Origin: Podarcis tiliguerta
Taxonomy: Eukaryota
Assembly: GCA_965153285.1 (NCBI GenBank)
Contig: OZ229121.1
Strand: one strand, 5' to 3'
DNA length: 64,000 bases
How positions within the stretch are numbered: the stretch's first letter is position 1; every line of letters begins with the position of its first letter. The notes below the pieces were generated by a model. That model had not been told where the DNA came from and did not search any database. It saw only the letters and a program-made list of their open reading frames with translations. Shown piece after piece: positions 26,043 to 41,126 of this stretch. The position numbers and the translations under genes were made by a program.

Positions 26043-26554
26043 CTGGAGGGAAGAAAATGCTAAGTTATGAGCAGCTTGTTTCAAAATGTATTTACTTTGA
26101 GTAAGGCAAGTCACCTGGCACTCTCCAGTTTCCATCTGGCACTTCTCTATATTTTTCTCCCTCATCCCCCAGAGCTACTGCTATTAAGCATAATTTATAT
26201 AGCATTTTAATTGTGCAGAGTAATTTACAATCGCTCATTCAGAAAGATCCTCCATAGTATTTCCTGAAGTATCAGTCATGTTGGTCATGTATTCTAGTTC
26301 CATTATATAGGAGTGTATGTGAATGAGTCCAGTTCTGAACAGGCAGGTAAAAGTTCTCAAGTTGGAATAATTTAGCAAAAATAAATCTGTTTTCATAGTT
26401 AATGTGGTAAGCAGCTAGTCTTTTAGTACCCAGGTCCATACTTTCCCTTCTACTAGGAGTTCAGTCCCAAGGTGGCCAGTAGAACATAGATTTCACATTT
26501 CAGCTCTTACCCTCCTAAAGTATCTTATTTGTTTCTACAAAGCAATGCAAATCA

Positions 26555-26740
<186 letters not shown>

Positions 26741-26851
26741 TTAAAGACTCCCCAAACGTAGCATTATACAGAGAAGATTCACACAATCCATTCTTTTCAC
26801 TTCTATGTGAGAGTCTATTACAGATTTTTTTGCTTTGAGATTATATATATG

Positions 26852-27119
26852 CAGTGGTACCTAGGTTTAAGAACAGCTTAGTTTATGAACAACTTGGGTT
26901 AAGAATGCTGCAAATCCAGAAGGAGGTGTTTTGGTTTGTGAACTTTGCCTTGGAAGCAGAACATGTTCTGCTTCCGGTTGAGTGTGTTTCATTTGTAAAT
27001 TGAGTCCCTGCTGCTATGGGAAAGCACACCTTGGTAAAAGAACGTTTTGGTTTAAGAACAGACTTCTAGAAGTTTAAGTTTTGGATTAAGGATTAAGTTT
27101 GTAAACCAAGGTACCACTG
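26852..27119. mobile_element. Tc1/mariner MITE
   Basis: TIR cagtggtacctaggttta / taaaccaaggtaccactg (1 mismatch). Confidence 0.85.
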
Positions 27120-27306
27120 CACATAAATACACACACACACACACGCACAGTAAACCTGCTTTTATTTCACTGAAACAGAGCAAAAGACCTAAAGAACAAA
27201 TAGCCTGCTAAAGTTTTTTTATCCTCATTTGAAACTAATGAAGTAAAAATATGCATAATCTAAACAATAGATTATTGAACGCTGTTTCCACATCTGACCT
27301 GTTTTA

Positions 27307-27362
27307 TCACAGAATCATAGAATTACAGAGTTGGAAGGGACCATGAGTGTCATCTAGTCCAA
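27307..27362 (-). mobile_element. Truncated CR1-type/SINE 3' tail
   Basis: acagaatcatagaattacagagttggaagggacc...catctagtccaa. Confidence 0.7.
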
Positions 27363-28000
27363 TTGTTCAATATAACTTCTTATATAGAAAGACTAAAAAA
27401 TGTTTTTTTGGAGGGGAATGTAACATTATCTTATGTAACACTGCATCAGCATAATACTGAACAAGTTTGCAAACTTGAGAGTCAGTGAGGCCCTTCCCTC
27501 TTCCTCCCACCCATACCCCCAGCACAGGAGCAGGACTTTGCTGGTGCTGTATACAGAAGTCACTTTTGAAGTTAATAAAAAGAGTTAAAACTTCTGACAT
27601 CTGTCCTGGACATTTCAGAAGAGGTCTCAAACGCAAAACAGGAGATCTGCTGTCTAGAACTGCTACTGTGTTCATATGGATTATAATCATAGTTGAGGGC
27701 AACAGTATATGCAATTGTATTATTCCCATTAGTGGTAATTAATTTTTTCCATTAGTGGTCAGCAGTTGTCAGTTAATGTGCAAATAAATGGTTCAGGCAA
27801 GCCAACGGATTACAGGCAGGGAAGTAAGCAGAGATTTAAGAGAAACTGAATACACATTGCTGCCCCCCCCCCAATTCAAATGAAGTTTGTTCTAATCTGA
27901 ATATTCAGAAGAGGAAGCACCTTCCATTTATAAATTGATGTCTAGCCACAAAATGACAAAAAACCATTGTTATGACAAAAGTTCTTGCTTTCCCACATAC

Positions 28001-28094
28001 TTGTTGTTCTGTACATCTGTCTCAAACAAGTGCTTGGAAATAAAGATGTACTCAACGCCATCACTTTCTTGGCTTCTTCTTGGTCTTGTTGTGT
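28001..28094 (-). CDS. MPP7: MPP7 exon, GK domain ([16 protein letters not shown]...VQNNK)
   Basis: ccag|AC ... AA|gtatgt, 94 nt, phase 1-2; GK signature TTR. Confidence 0.97.
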
Positions 28095-28168
28095 CTGGTT
28101 TTATTGCAAAAGAAATAAGAAACAGTTTACAAATGAACAAAAAACCAACAGAAGTCTTTTCTGTTTGA

Positions 28169-28285
28169 TCACAGAATCATAGAATTGTAGAGCTGAAAGG
28201 GACCGCGAGGGTCATCTAGTCCAACCCCCTGCAATGCAAGAATCTTTTGCACAACGTGGAACTCAAACCCATGACCCTGAGATTA
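28169..28285 (-). mobile_element. tRNA-Lys(CTT)-derived SINE with CR1-like tail
   Basis: Minus strand GCATGAGACTCTTAATCTCAGGGTC... (tRNA-Lys anticodon arm) joined to an ...ATTCTATGATTCT tail. Confidence 0.8.
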
Positions 28286-29556
28286 AGAGTCTCATGCTAT
28301 CAGCTTGATGTTAATTACCAGGACATTGTTGCAATGTGAGTGGTGGTGGGAGATTAAACACAAAAGCTCCTCCCTCCTCTGACCAAGATCAGGAATTGGC
28401 TTAGGTTCCATGCATTCTCTCCTCATTCATGTTCCCTTCATAACACACAGAAGCGTTCCCAGAGTTTTTGAAAGCAACCCAGGATATCAAATCACCTTTC
28501 TCTAGTGGTTTCAAGATTCAAAAGGACATATGAGAAAGCATGCGTGTCCAAGAACCATTATTGATCTCATGGCACAGAATTAATTCAGTTTTTGGACATC
28601 CTTCAAGTTGATATGATATTATCTTTGTTGCAATTCCTGAAAATACATTATCCTAAAAATTAGAATGCTTGCAAGACTTTGTGCCAATACTGCTTATTCT
28701 TTTTGTAAAATCTGAGCAAATATACCCAATAAAAACAGTCACATTAAAGCACTGGTATTACACATGTGCTCTACCACACACATTTCATTCATAAAATTTT
28801 GTGAAAGTTTCAATAAGCTTTCAAGTTATATTGAAAACAAGTGCTTCAATCCCTGCTTCAAGAGTTCCTTATTTACTTCCTGCACTACTGAATTCAGTGT
28901 TTCATTTGTCACTATAGATAACTTTATTTTAGATTTTCTCAACAGTTAGAGCAGATTCAGGCCTTGCTCAGATGCAACAAAGCTTGTTTTGAGCCTTAAG
29001 CCTGCATGCTCCCTTCCCTGCCCCTAAAATAATTAAAGTACTAATTCCTGTCCCTCAGCTGCATAAACACTCAGCAAATGGGTGGCTTGCTCAAATCTGT
29101 TAACACAGCAAGGATATCAAATATGGATCAGTTCTAGTCATCCCTTGGAATGGTTTTGCCTCTATTCTAGGAAGTTGGGAAGTGATGTGGAAGCACCAAG
29201 TCAGCATTAAAGGTGCAGATGGGAGTGCAAACCTGACTATGGCATAACAGGCCCCTGGGCCACTCCAATTCTGTCCAGTAGGGCCACAAATCCCTACTCT
29301 CTGTACCATTTGTGGCACAACTTCTACAGGTTGGACAAAGCTCCACAATGCTGGAAGAGTACCTACCCCCATGTCTCACAGAGATTTTAACGGAGAGCTC
29401 TTATTTTCTAAAGTGTTTAGCGACAGCAAGAAAAAAGCACAGCCTTTACATTCTTATTCAAGGTGAGCACTCCTAAAAGGCATACCCTATATGTTCAAAC
29501 ATGTTCACCTTATGCCGGATTAAGTAACACTGAACTTTATACAGAACTGATTGTCA

Positions 29557-29649
<93 letters not shown>

Positions 29650-29805
29650 TTAAAATGCATTGTAATCAATTATCCTTTGATTACTATTTCGATCATGCAA
29701 CACCTTATGATGTGAGATTTAAAAGACACAAGGCCAGAACAAGATGTGTAACTTCAGCACCATCCACATTCTCTAGGCAGAGATAAAGAGATTGTCCTTA
29801 CATCA

Positions 29806-29960
29806 AGTAACACTCTGTGTATATCATTATCTGGCAGAATAGGCAGCGGGTTGTTCATTCTTGAGACCTGTGGGCTTCAGGAACTGCAGTTCTACATTAC
29901 CTGGAAAATGAACAACCCGCTGCCAGTTTTGTCAAAGAATGATATACACACAGAGTTACT
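29806..29960. mobile_element. Short hairpin MITE with ~55-bp inverted arms
   Basis: agtaac..tgtgtatatcatt..ggcagcgggttgttcatt versus aatgaacaacccgctgcc..aatgatatacaca..gttact. Confidence 0.75.
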
Positions 29961-31202
29961 AAATATACAAAAATGTGAATCTGACAGAGCAGAGATTATT
30001 GGAGATACCCAAGAATCATGACTGGATATCCATCTTCCCACCCAACATATTTAGGATCCACTGTACTTTGAATACAGGCAGCAATTTCAGGTGACTTTGT
30101 TTCATCTTCTTAGCTTTCTCAAGACAAGACACACAAAATTGAAAGGTGTATTTCAGGCTTCCTCATCAATTCCCATCACCCCTGACCATTGGGTCCTGCT
30201 AGCTAGTGATCATGGGAGTTGTAGGCCAAAAACATCTGGAGGGCCAAGGTTGAGGAAGCCTGGTGTATTATGTTCAGCCCATCTTCTGCATAGATGGAAA
30301 AGCTGAAAGAAACACTTAAGTGATTAGCGTTTCTCTTCTCAGCTCCAGATCATATAATTTGATATAGAAGGGGCCAGGTCAGGGTGTGAGCCATTTATAA
30401 ATTTTCTGAAGTTTAATATATTCAGACCCATCACAGTTATTAAATATTCAGATTTGACTAGTTGCACCCCAACCCATATGTGCAGTAAAGAAGTACTAAT
30501 GAAGGCCAAATACTTTTCATTATTTCCAAACTATAGATTCTCCAGAAAAGCCAAGCTGTTGCTGAATTTACACCATGTGCACTTAAGCAAGAAATGGCAT
30601 GGCAAGTTTCATCTTTGCTTTGCATGAACTATAATTTATTACTGCAGATGAATGTCTAAAATGTAAACAAAATTTGTTGGCGCAGTCTGAAAATTAAAAA
30701 TGACTGTGAAACTATCAGCATTAGATTTTTGTTCTTGTATCACCATTCTTACAATTATGCATCTCCAGACAACAGTGACTTATATGAAAGTAAATTACAA
30801 TCTTATCTCTATGGAAATGGAATGGTTACTGGTAGGTTGAAAACTGATTTTTCATGAGCACTAGGAATAAAGCCTTCTATAAAGGTAGTATCGAAGCTCT
30901 GCACAGCTATGAAAACATATTTGATTTCCACTTATTCATGGTCTTCCTCATAAGGTTTGTGAAACATTCAAGGTGTTTGAAAATGATTGTTGTATTGTTT
31001 TGTTGCTCTGCTGTATTGTTTTGCCTTGAAATCCAACCATTTTGGAAATTTTAACTAAATCAATGCTATATGAACAGTCTTCAGTGCTTTGAGTATCTAG
31101 ATGACCAGCAACCATGGCAAGGCATCTGTAACAGCTTACTTCATCTAATTTTATTTTTGGTTTGAACAGCTGTATCTGAAATAAAACTCAGGAAAATTTA
31201 TT

Positions 31203-31326
31203 GGCTTGGATCCAAACTTTTTCGCTTCACTTTTTGCTTCACAGAAAGAGTTGAGCATACAGAAGAACCGGTCCCATGATTCCAACTCTCCTTCCATTCG
31301 CAGACCCCAAAATTAGGATCCAAGCC
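31203..31326. mobile_element. Harbinger-like MITE
   Basis: Perfect TIR ggcttggatcc / ggatccaagcc. Confidence 0.6.
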
Positions 31327-32198
31327 ATAATATTTAAACAACTAGTTGTTTAAATCATTTTAAACATAAGTAATCATTTTAAATCATAAGTAATCATTTT
31401 AACTTTTCATGTAAAGGTCCACTTCAGACTCCTCCTGCCACTACTCTGAATCAAGATCCTCTATTAAGGTATTCTACACAATTTCCTACTTCTCCCTTAC
31501 CTAAGTATAAAGTGACATACAGGGACCACAGGACTATGATATTAGAATTTAAAATAACCCAAATAAATTCATCTGCTTTTTTCCTGACATTCTGCAGAAT
31601 GTTTTACCCAAATGGATGCTTTTCTTGTACAAACTGGTCATCTTTCCTAACATGACAAGATTAAACCTTTGCACTGAAGTATCAATCGACACATTTCCCA
31701 GAAAGGAAATGAGTGTTAAGGGGTTAATTTCAGCCTTCCCTGTGTATCCCACTTGTGTATTAAAAATCTCCAGCTGCCTACCACAAACACCATTACTAGG
31801 TTTAAATAATTACTTTTGCCTCTTTTGTTCCATATTTGTTGAGGAGATATCATTTTATGGTTTATATCCAAGGTGCAACTAGAGCAAGATGTTTGCAAGC
31901 TGGGGGAAACCCTCTTGCTGTAAATCCAATGCTGGTGATCCATATTCTGCCTAATCTGCCACCATACTCCTTCTGATTCCCTTATTTCCTGCAATGAGGA
32001 GGGGAGATCACAGCTCATCATTATGTGCTGGAGCAAAGGTCAGTCAGGATATGTACAGTAATGTTAAATTCAGACCTGCAGCATTTGGAGTTCTGCTTGT
32101 CTCTTAGACAAAGCACCATTCCTGCTAGCATTCGCTTTATTTTATCAGCTGATCAGTTCCAATGCCCTTCTGAATATCAATACTCCTAACAGTTAATC

Positions 32199-32332
32199 AA
32201 TCATAGAATCACAGACTTCTAGAGTTGGAAGGGACCCACAAGGGTCACCTAGCCCAACCCCCAGCAATGCAGGAATCTTTGCTCCAACATGGGGCTCAAA
32301 TGCACAACCTTGAGATTAAGAGTCTCAAGCTC
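32199..32332 (-). mobile_element. tRNA-Lys-derived SINE with CR1-like tail
   Basis: Colinear with 28169-28285. Confidence 0.8.
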
Positions 32333-34244
32333 AAAACTTGTGCTTTCTCCAGTGGGTTAACATACCACCCCATAGCTCAGGGCCCACTTACCTAAAAACA
32401 ATGGCTACTTTTATTTTAGGGACTAGAATGCAGCTAAATAAGCATTCACTATCCAAATTATCTACTGGGGTGAACCAAAACTGGTTAGAGCCTCCATCTC
32501 GGCCTGTTAGGTAGAAGAGAGAGAGAAAAGGCAGATGGCAGCAAAAGTGTGGGAGCTGGGATGAGATAGAAAGGAAAATCACATCCCAAAACAGTGATAG
32601 TCTAAACTCTACATCGAGTTTATATTCTGTGAATTAGAATTCATTTATTTAAAGTAAGTTTAAGTGAAACATCTACTTGGCAGCCAATTATTTTTTTAAA
32701 TAGACTCCAATAATAAATTGTGTTTTCAGTTACTATAACTGAACATTTTTGCCACAACCAATTATGTGAAAATTTAATTATTTGTCCTTGTATTTCCTGG
32801 CACTAACATCAAAATTGTATTTCACACATCGTATTGGATGCAGCTACTAGCATGTCCAAAGCTTTTAAATCTGATCATTTCTACTGTACCTATATTAACA
32901 GTGCCAGTTTTTCCACATTTTACCCAAGACATTTTTATGATATTGGCCAGACTTATGCTGCTTCTAATACCAAGAGAAAAACATCAAAATTACTGAAGTC
33001 TGCAATAAATTTGTGAGCTGCTTTTGTTACTGTAAAAGCACACTTTCTTCACTTGATTTAGTACCACCAAAATAAAACGAAATTTCTAGATATCCCTCAG
33101 AGCCAGCATATGTGATTTGTCATAAAAAGTCTACTTATCACACATTTCACAGAACTCTGTTGATATAGGTGTAAAATCAACTCAAGCATGTTATTACTTG
33201 CTGTGTAGAACCCACAATCTCTCGCTCACAGTAGTAGGTGCCTGAACTTGTGCGTTAGAGAATGACAAAGCTGTTTATTAAAAACTGATTTTAAGTGTTC
33301 CCTTGGATATGAGCTATATAAAAACAGCAGTTCTACAGTTCATAACAGTCCCTGATAGAGGGTCATATTTCTTCTGGTCTGCAACTTTTTATAATGGAAG
33401 AAATTCTGCTAATGAAACATTGGCCTATACAGTACTGCAAAAGAAACTAAAATGTAGTGCAACAAGTAGAAGAACAATTTATAATTGTTGGATTGTAAAT
33501 GGAGTATATTGGAAAATATTTCTAAACGGCTTTTGTAAGATCTCTAAATTGGTTATCAAGTGTTGAGATTGCTGACTAGATTCAAAGACCATAACCCCAC
33601 CCTAATTTATGTTCTGGACCATATCTTAAGTTACTGCAAGTGACCAGTGAGGTAATATAGGAATCACCCAACACAAGAACAGAACAGAACCCTGCTTGGG
33701 CTACCCTGCAACTATAGTCAGCTACTAGTCCACATTGCCCCCACTATTTTTTGATAAAACACAGTTAAGGAAGACTAGGAATCTGTTTGGAAGAAAAGGG
33801 TAGCTTGTTTATGTAACGCATTAGCAAACAGTGTTTGGTATATTGATTGCTTCATAGTTATGTTCCTTAGCTTCATAATTGATGTAATAGTGGGTATTTT
33901 TTTATTGGCTACTGGCAAATAATAAAACTCTGACAAGTTTACCCTGGAGTCAAATAGAATGGCACTCTAAAGCAAACGGAAGCAAAACTGATGAAATCTG
34001 CTGTGGCTATGTGTCAAACACTTAATAATAATAATAAAGAGTCTTGCACCATGACTGCAGATCTGCTTGTGATTAGCTATCCCTACAGTGTGATGAGATT
34101 TAAGAGCACAGGAAAAGGGGAGCGAGCTAGCTAGCTAGCTAGCTAAATAAATGTCTTGTGAACCATCTCAAGGCATTTGTTGACTATGAATACAAGTTGA
34201 CTATTTGTTGACTATGACCTGAATACCAGTTGGCAGGAATTACA

Positions 34245-34373
34245 ACTTGGGAGAGTGCTATTGCACTCATGTCCTGCTTGTGGGCTTCCCATAGGTATGT
34301 GGTTGGCCACTGTGAGAACAAGATGCTAGACTAGGTGAGCCTTGGCCTGAATCAGGAGGCTTCGTCTTATGTT
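34245..34373 (+). mobile_element. CR1 3' fragment
   Basis: ggttggccactgtgagaacaagatgctagactag...ggcctga...tcttatgtt. Confidence 0.65.
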
Positions 34374-35213
34374 GTCTTTTTGAGACAGGTAAAATAAAGC
34401 CGAATAAAGCTTATAACACCTCTGCCTCTGCAGTGTAATTCACCCAACCGGGCAAGATTCTGAATCAAGTTTTAAGTGCTCGGCAAAGAGGAGCTCACAA
34501 TCCTTAACTAAGAACTGAAACACATTACATCTGCATGATAGGGAGAGAAACTTTACAGAAAGGCTATAAGCTAAACATCCAGCTACTCCTTTTCCATGTG
34601 GGAAAACAATGTATGTGACTGAAAAGGGATGAAAATCATCTTTTCAGAAGGTGAATGCACAGGCTGTCAGGCCAGGAAAAAGAATGATGGAAGCTGTAAA
34701 GACAGAAGTTCACTCTCTCTGCTTCTGGGCCTCACATACTGAGGAGAGCCTTCTCATATCCTTCTTGCTTTCAGGCCCAGGATAAATATGATGAATATTC
34801 ATGCAATCTGGCCAATATGGCTAGGTGGACATGAAACAAGTCCATGAGACTTTTATGCTGGATGCTTACTGTTCTCAGATATGCATATAGACACATGCTC
34901 TAGCTGCCATTGTGCTGGGGCACCTCTGAACTTTTCAGCTATCAGCTTTCTGAGGGTTACATGCCAGTGGTGGATGAGGCCAGAGGCAAAAGAGCAACTA
35001 ATGTACATTTTTATCTGTGTACAGTACCTGCCTGCCCTTGTGGTTCCTTATAAATATACTTGAATATATGGACCTCAGGAAACATCTGCTTCCACATGAG
35101 CCTCTTGAGACTTTTGAGCATTTCAGGTTGCTTTGGCACATGATTTTTAAAGTTCAAAAAGATAACATGAAACAAAACAACCTAGGTTCCCAATTCAAAT
35201 AATTAAAACTTAC

Positions 35214-35384
35214 CAACCAAGACAACAAGTCTGTATTTCTCATTGGGCTGTCGTCTATACTTTGCTACTTCTTCGTAAGTTGGGACATCTGCTGTATCGT
35301 ACTGATCACTCTTCTTGCATTCATACATAGTCTTGTTTGTTTTTCTATCTTTTCTGCTGAGACGGAAACTCCTCCTGAAACCAG
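35214..35384 (-). CDS. MPP7: MPP7 exon, HOOK to GK start ([15 protein letters not shown]...TYEEV...LVVLV)
   Basis: acag|CT ... G|gtaagt, 171 nt, phase 1-1. Confidence 0.97.
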
Positions 35385-38300
35385 CTGTAGTTACGAGATT
35401 TAAAAAAAGAAGCAGAAGCAAGGGTTACTGTCATCAGCCTAGCCAGTAGCCCATCTGTAACAAACACTCCTTCATATGGGCATTTGTTACTTTTGTTACT
35501 TAGTAGTTTTTCTTCCTTATATCTTAAAGGACCAAATTCAAAGTCCAAATTGTTTTCCATACATATTTGATTAGGCTCATGCAAGGGCATATGGGAGCCA
35601 CATGGGGTGAAATTTAACGTCTTTTTAATCTCCATTGTTTTGTGTTTACTTTTGAAGTCCCTCTATGTTTTTAGATAGGATTGTGGCCTAATCACATTAC
35701 CAAATTATTTTTATTCAAAAGGTGCCAATTTCAAAGTGTATGGGTTGCTGGTGAAAATTAGGAATGATGTATTTTTTAAAAAAACAACATCATCATATTG
35801 GTATAGCAGGCTAGATCTCTGTTAAGCACTGAGAACAGAAATATGGGGAAATGTCACATTTGTAATACAGACTTGCAAAATTTGCTGATATCCCTACCCC
35901 CAAAATACTGATAATTACCCAACTCCCAGATACTGATATTTTAATAAGTGCTTGCAGAATCAACAGAAGACACTCATTCTTTATCTAAATACGTTCCCAG
36001 CTGAGATCATATATTTGACATCCATACTGGTTCAAAGAAAGTCAACAACAGCGATGAATGTTTCTAAAAACCTATTAGTCATAGCTGTCAACTTTTCCCT
36101 TTTCTTGCAAGGAATCCTATTCAGAATAAGGGAATTTCCCTTTTAAAAAAGGGAAACGTTGACAGCTATGCCTATTAGTAGCTTCACAGTCTTGAATTAC
36201 ATTAAAAATCCATTTTAATCATTGCAACACCAGTATGCTTTGTTTTGATAACACATACATCATTAAATGGGGCACAAGATAAAATATAATTAAGGGGAGA
36301 AACAGTCAATATATTAGACGACATAGCTCAGCCAGTCTACAGTCGTGTTTGTCACTTGAGTCAGATGTTCTACTCTGAGCAATCCAGGACAGGCTTCTTA
36401 TGATGGGAAATAGATCTCATGCCTCCTTGCCTGCTGAGACAGATCTTCACTGAGTTGTTGCTTGTCCTTACCAAGATCTGCTTGCCTTTTATGTTGCCTA
36501 GAAAAGCCCAACGTATCAGTATGATCACCTTTAATTCAAGCCACTTGATACTTCTTTACGTTTCAATACTTTGCATCCTCTGGTGCACTATTGGTATGAC
36601 CAGAACCTTCATAAACACCACGGGAGCAGCAGTGAGACAAAATGGTAGTGCTCAGAGTCAATAGTGACTGCTTTTAATAGAGCCACCCTGAACTCCCATC
36701 ACAACTGCATCCCAGCATGCTGATCTGCCAGAGAATACAATACTTCTGACGTGCTGCTGTAGATCAGAGCTAGAAATTAAAAGATAACTGAATGCAGGAA
36801 TAATTCTGAATCACTACAGCCAGCCATACACCTGAATAGGCAAAATTTAAAGCTGTGATTGTCAGATGGAGGGTGGTATACAAATTTAATAAACAACAAC
36901 ATCAACAACAACAAATAGAAATGGAAGGAAAATGCAAGGAAAGTCATTAAAAAAACTCATCAGAGTAGATGTTGAAATAAGGGGTGTATGAAGAGATGTC
37001 AGTAATAGTGTTTCTGCCTTTGCACTGAGCACTCCCTTTCCCAAACAACTTGGGAACAATCCTTGATGTGTGCCAGGCAAGAGGAAAAGGTGATGATAAG
37101 AACGATTCTTTGGAAATGTCCCACCCCTGGCAAAACAACAACACTTGAGAACAAGCAGGGAAAAGGTGATGGTGGTGGTGGTAGTAGTAGTAGTAGTAGT
37201 AATACTTATGCACTTGCTCACTCATAAAAAAGAACCAGGAAAAATGTGATAATTATTATCACCATCAATATGAAGCCTCTGCACTGCCCTCACCCAAACA
37301 ACTTTGGAATAATCCCCATTGTAGGGTATGTAGCAGGAACAACGAATGGTTGTCATAACCTTCCCCCACCCCCCAGTATTCTACTGAGGCATCTATCAAG
37401 CAGCCACCCACTCTACATTCCAATAGGCAGCAAACACAAACAAAGCAGCAATGGGTAGGACCCCCAGATTTCCTCTCCCACATTTTCAAAGAGTTTCTGA
37501 AGCAGCTGCTCTATATGGATGGCAGGAAGCAAAGTGAAACAAATAGAGCAGCAACTGGGTGGATCCAAGGACTAGGATATAAGACAGAAGCAGGAAAAGG
37601 GCACTAAAGGGGGACAGCAGCTATTTGGAGCCCCAAGTTTTCCCACTGCCTGGTGCCTCAACAGCTCACTTATCAATCACAGCTCTCACTTCACTCACTG
37701 GCTAATCATTTCACAGAAATTCCTGGTGCTTAGAAGGGTACCTGCACACTTTGATTATAATTTTTTCCTAGGAGGGGTAGAGACATGTACTTTTGAAACA
37801 TAAAAGCTGGAGGCACCAAATAAGGCCTTCACTGGTTTCATGGTGCTTATGGCAGCCTGGTAGCTCCTTCCAATAGTGGAGTCAACTTTGCAAGCTAACC
37901 CTGTTTCCTGCTGGTGGGAGAGGCACTATTCTACAAAAGAATAGCTGCTGCTCAAAAGGCTTAGGCTCCCCTCTAGAAGTACATACCTGAGGGAAAGCAA
38001 AAACTTTCCTCTGTTTTGTTCCACAGATCATCAGTGAAAGGCACTGAAAATTAAGCCAGCTCCTGGGTGCAGAACCCTTTGAATTGATCCCATTTCATGG
38101 TCAAACTAGATTGTAACAAATTAGCAAACACTGAACAGGACTTCCCACCCCCCAAATGCTAATCCCCTCTTCCTGGTCAGGTTAAAGTGTTAGACTATTC
38201 CAAGTGCAATCAACCACTTTAGAAATGCTACACACTGAACATGTTCCTAGCAACTAGCTGTAGAAACAAAAGGGAGCAACACCCCCTCTTCTGGCAATGG

Positions 38301-39859
38301 CTCACACCATTCTTCTCGGAGACTAAAACCGGTATTTATATTGAGTTTATAGAGTTTTTAAGTATGTTGATAAATAGCTATTTAAATAGTTTTCTCCAAA
38401 AGGGTGAAACCAATTATTGTTTTTAATAGTATGCAAACAGTTTACTACCAACAAAATAGTTTAACTACATGGTTTGAACCATTAAACTACATGAAAATTA
38501 GTTCAACTTCTGTCCTTCACTGCTGCCCATTTAATACCAATCACTGTTTTTTCAAAATTGTATGCACTTTTTTCTCTATATACATTGAAGGCAACCCTTT
38601 GCCTTCAATGTATATAGAGAAAAAGACAAGCCATTGTTTCCAATAAGTATCAACAGCAAACATCTCACAAAAAGTAGGTATCATTTAGACATAAATGGTA
38701 AAGCCCTGCCCACAGGCTCACAATCTACAATGATATACATGCTTGTGTGTCAAATTTAATACAGTTTGACAGACATTATAGACAAATAGCAAGTTCTCTG
38801 TTAAACCAGCACCATATCATTGACTAGCACAGTAAAAACATAGTTAATTATTTCTGGACAACTCTAGTCTGCAGGAAGTTCATTTCTGAGGCCACCTTAT
38901 AACAGTACACCCAATTCCTGACATATGACTAGGGCTTTTAAATAGTTTTTATTCTGTATGTCTGACACCACTGTGGTTTCCCATTATGAATCCCAGAAAT
39001 AACATTTCATGAAAACCGAATGAAGCTATAACACTTCCACCCTGTATCCATAGTTAAGAAACTGGGAGTGACCCAATGGTCTCCCCTTCTTCCTCCAACT
39101 TTCCAGCAAAAGTTTCCTTCCAAGCCTTAGCTTAGAGTGCATCTGCATTGGCACTCACAAGGTTCCCTTCTAAACTAACGCTTGCTAACCTGCTTCAGAT
39201 CCTGGTTGGAACAATGGAGATCAGTGAACATACTGGGCCAAGAGTGATACCAAACTGAACAGGCTGACTGCAGATACCTCAGGGTATGTAAGTATCACCT
39301 ACATGGAGGCTCATAGAGCCCTGCTGGTAGAGGTATGTAGGAGGAAGGCAAAGGTAGTGATGGAGTCCCCCCCCCCATTACCAATGAATTCTGGCATACC
39401 TCTACACATCCCATGAACTACTCAGAATAATCTTATGATAACTACCTAGTTCCTTGATCTGAAACTTATTGTTATGCAATTTTTTTCTGTATGACAAAAG
39501 GTGCGAGTTAAGGTTGATAATCCATCATACTCAATTCTACTAAGTTAAAGAAAACATATATTTCAACTGAAGAGATCAACTAGCAAGGTCTGGCATTAAA
39601 GTTGCTAATTTGAATAGTGCCATCAGTGGTACTGCTATTATTTATCAGTCTCCCAACAGCAGTTCCCTGAGTGATGTCAATGATCAAAAACTATTTAAAC
39701 AAAACAAGAAATCATTAAAGAGAATAAAACAACTATAAAATAGAGACCACAAGATTAGAAATCACAGCAATAATCAGAGAGAGCTCCCAAAATAAATTTC
39801 ACAGAACTAAAATGACCATGCTAAAATCACAGCAGCATGCAAAGATTAAATAATTTAGA

Positions 39860-40095
39860 AATACAAACTATTTTAAAATGCCTGGGAAAATGAATAAGAA
39901 AAGTTATTTGCCTGGCACCAGGAAGGCATTAAAATGTGTGTCAGGTGGGCCTCTCTGGCATTCCACACCTCAGTTTGCAGGGGTACTCAGAGAAGAGTTT
40001 CAGATGATTATTTCAAGGCACAGATAAATGTAAGTGGGAAGAAAATATCATTCAGCTACTGAGGTCCCAAATCATAAAGGGCTTTAACAGTGAAA
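39860..40095 (-). mobile_element. Degenerate L2 LINE 3' fragment
   Basis: aaatgcctggg...tttgcctggcacc...caggtgggcctctctgg...ggtcccaaatcataaagggcttta motifs. Confidence 0.45.
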
Positions 40096-41126
40096 GCTAT
40101 TCTGTTTCGATTGGTAGGCCTCCTGTGGCATGCAAATATCAGGCATACAGATTTAGTGCACAGCTTCTAAAATCTATCTGGAAGCATGGTGACACACAAA
40201 CCTCTCTACCAGTCTACCCATTTGCAGTGCCACCTTCCCCTTTAATAAAACATGTGACATTGATATATTAATAAATTATGTAGCATGCCCTCAATTAGTC
40301 TCCACCTACTCTTGTGCTGCTGATTTACCCTGAGTAGTTCCTGCATCACCATGATCTCAACCTCCTTCTCTATTCTACCCCATTTTATGCCCCAATATGG
40401 GCCAATTCTTACCAATAATTTGTGTCCTCTTCCCACATCCCTTCCTTGAAGAATAAAGAAAAGCTGATATGGTATGTTCAACTTACAATGGTTCTTGTGT
40501 AGCATCTTCTAAGGAATTACCAGTAAACCACTTCAAGAATAGGTGAGCAAAGATGAGCCAGTCCGTGGTATCATTACTTGGCTCATTGACAAGAAAGTAA
40601 TCCCAGCCATCCAACAGTACCAACTTAATTCCCTGTAAGTCAGCAGTAGCCAACGTGGTACCCTCTAGATGTTATGGAGCCACCAACTCAAGTCAGAGTG
40701 GCCAATGGTCAGGGATGATGAAAATTGTAGCCCACAACATGTGTCAGGTACCACAATGGCTATCCCTACGCTAAGTCACGAGATTACAACTTTCACCATT
40801 CCTACCAGCTTATTCAATGATAAGGGTTGATGGGAGTTGTAGTTCAATATCATCTGGGACCCAAGATTGAAGAACACTGTGATAGAAAAATAATGTAGTC
40901 AGAAGGAATATAGCCAGCCTAGCATTTTGTCTAGGACAAGTATTTAAATTTCTTTGCAAATTCTACCCAAGTAAATTATTTCCTCATATTCAAGGTAGCA
41001 TTTCAATGCATTCTATATTTCAATGTTAGTAACATATGTTGCGGTTAGGATGCAGATCCTTTGTGTCAAATCCAGTGAGCCATTTTTTAATCTAGCAGAT
41101 TCATTGCATGCAGTGATGCCCATTAC

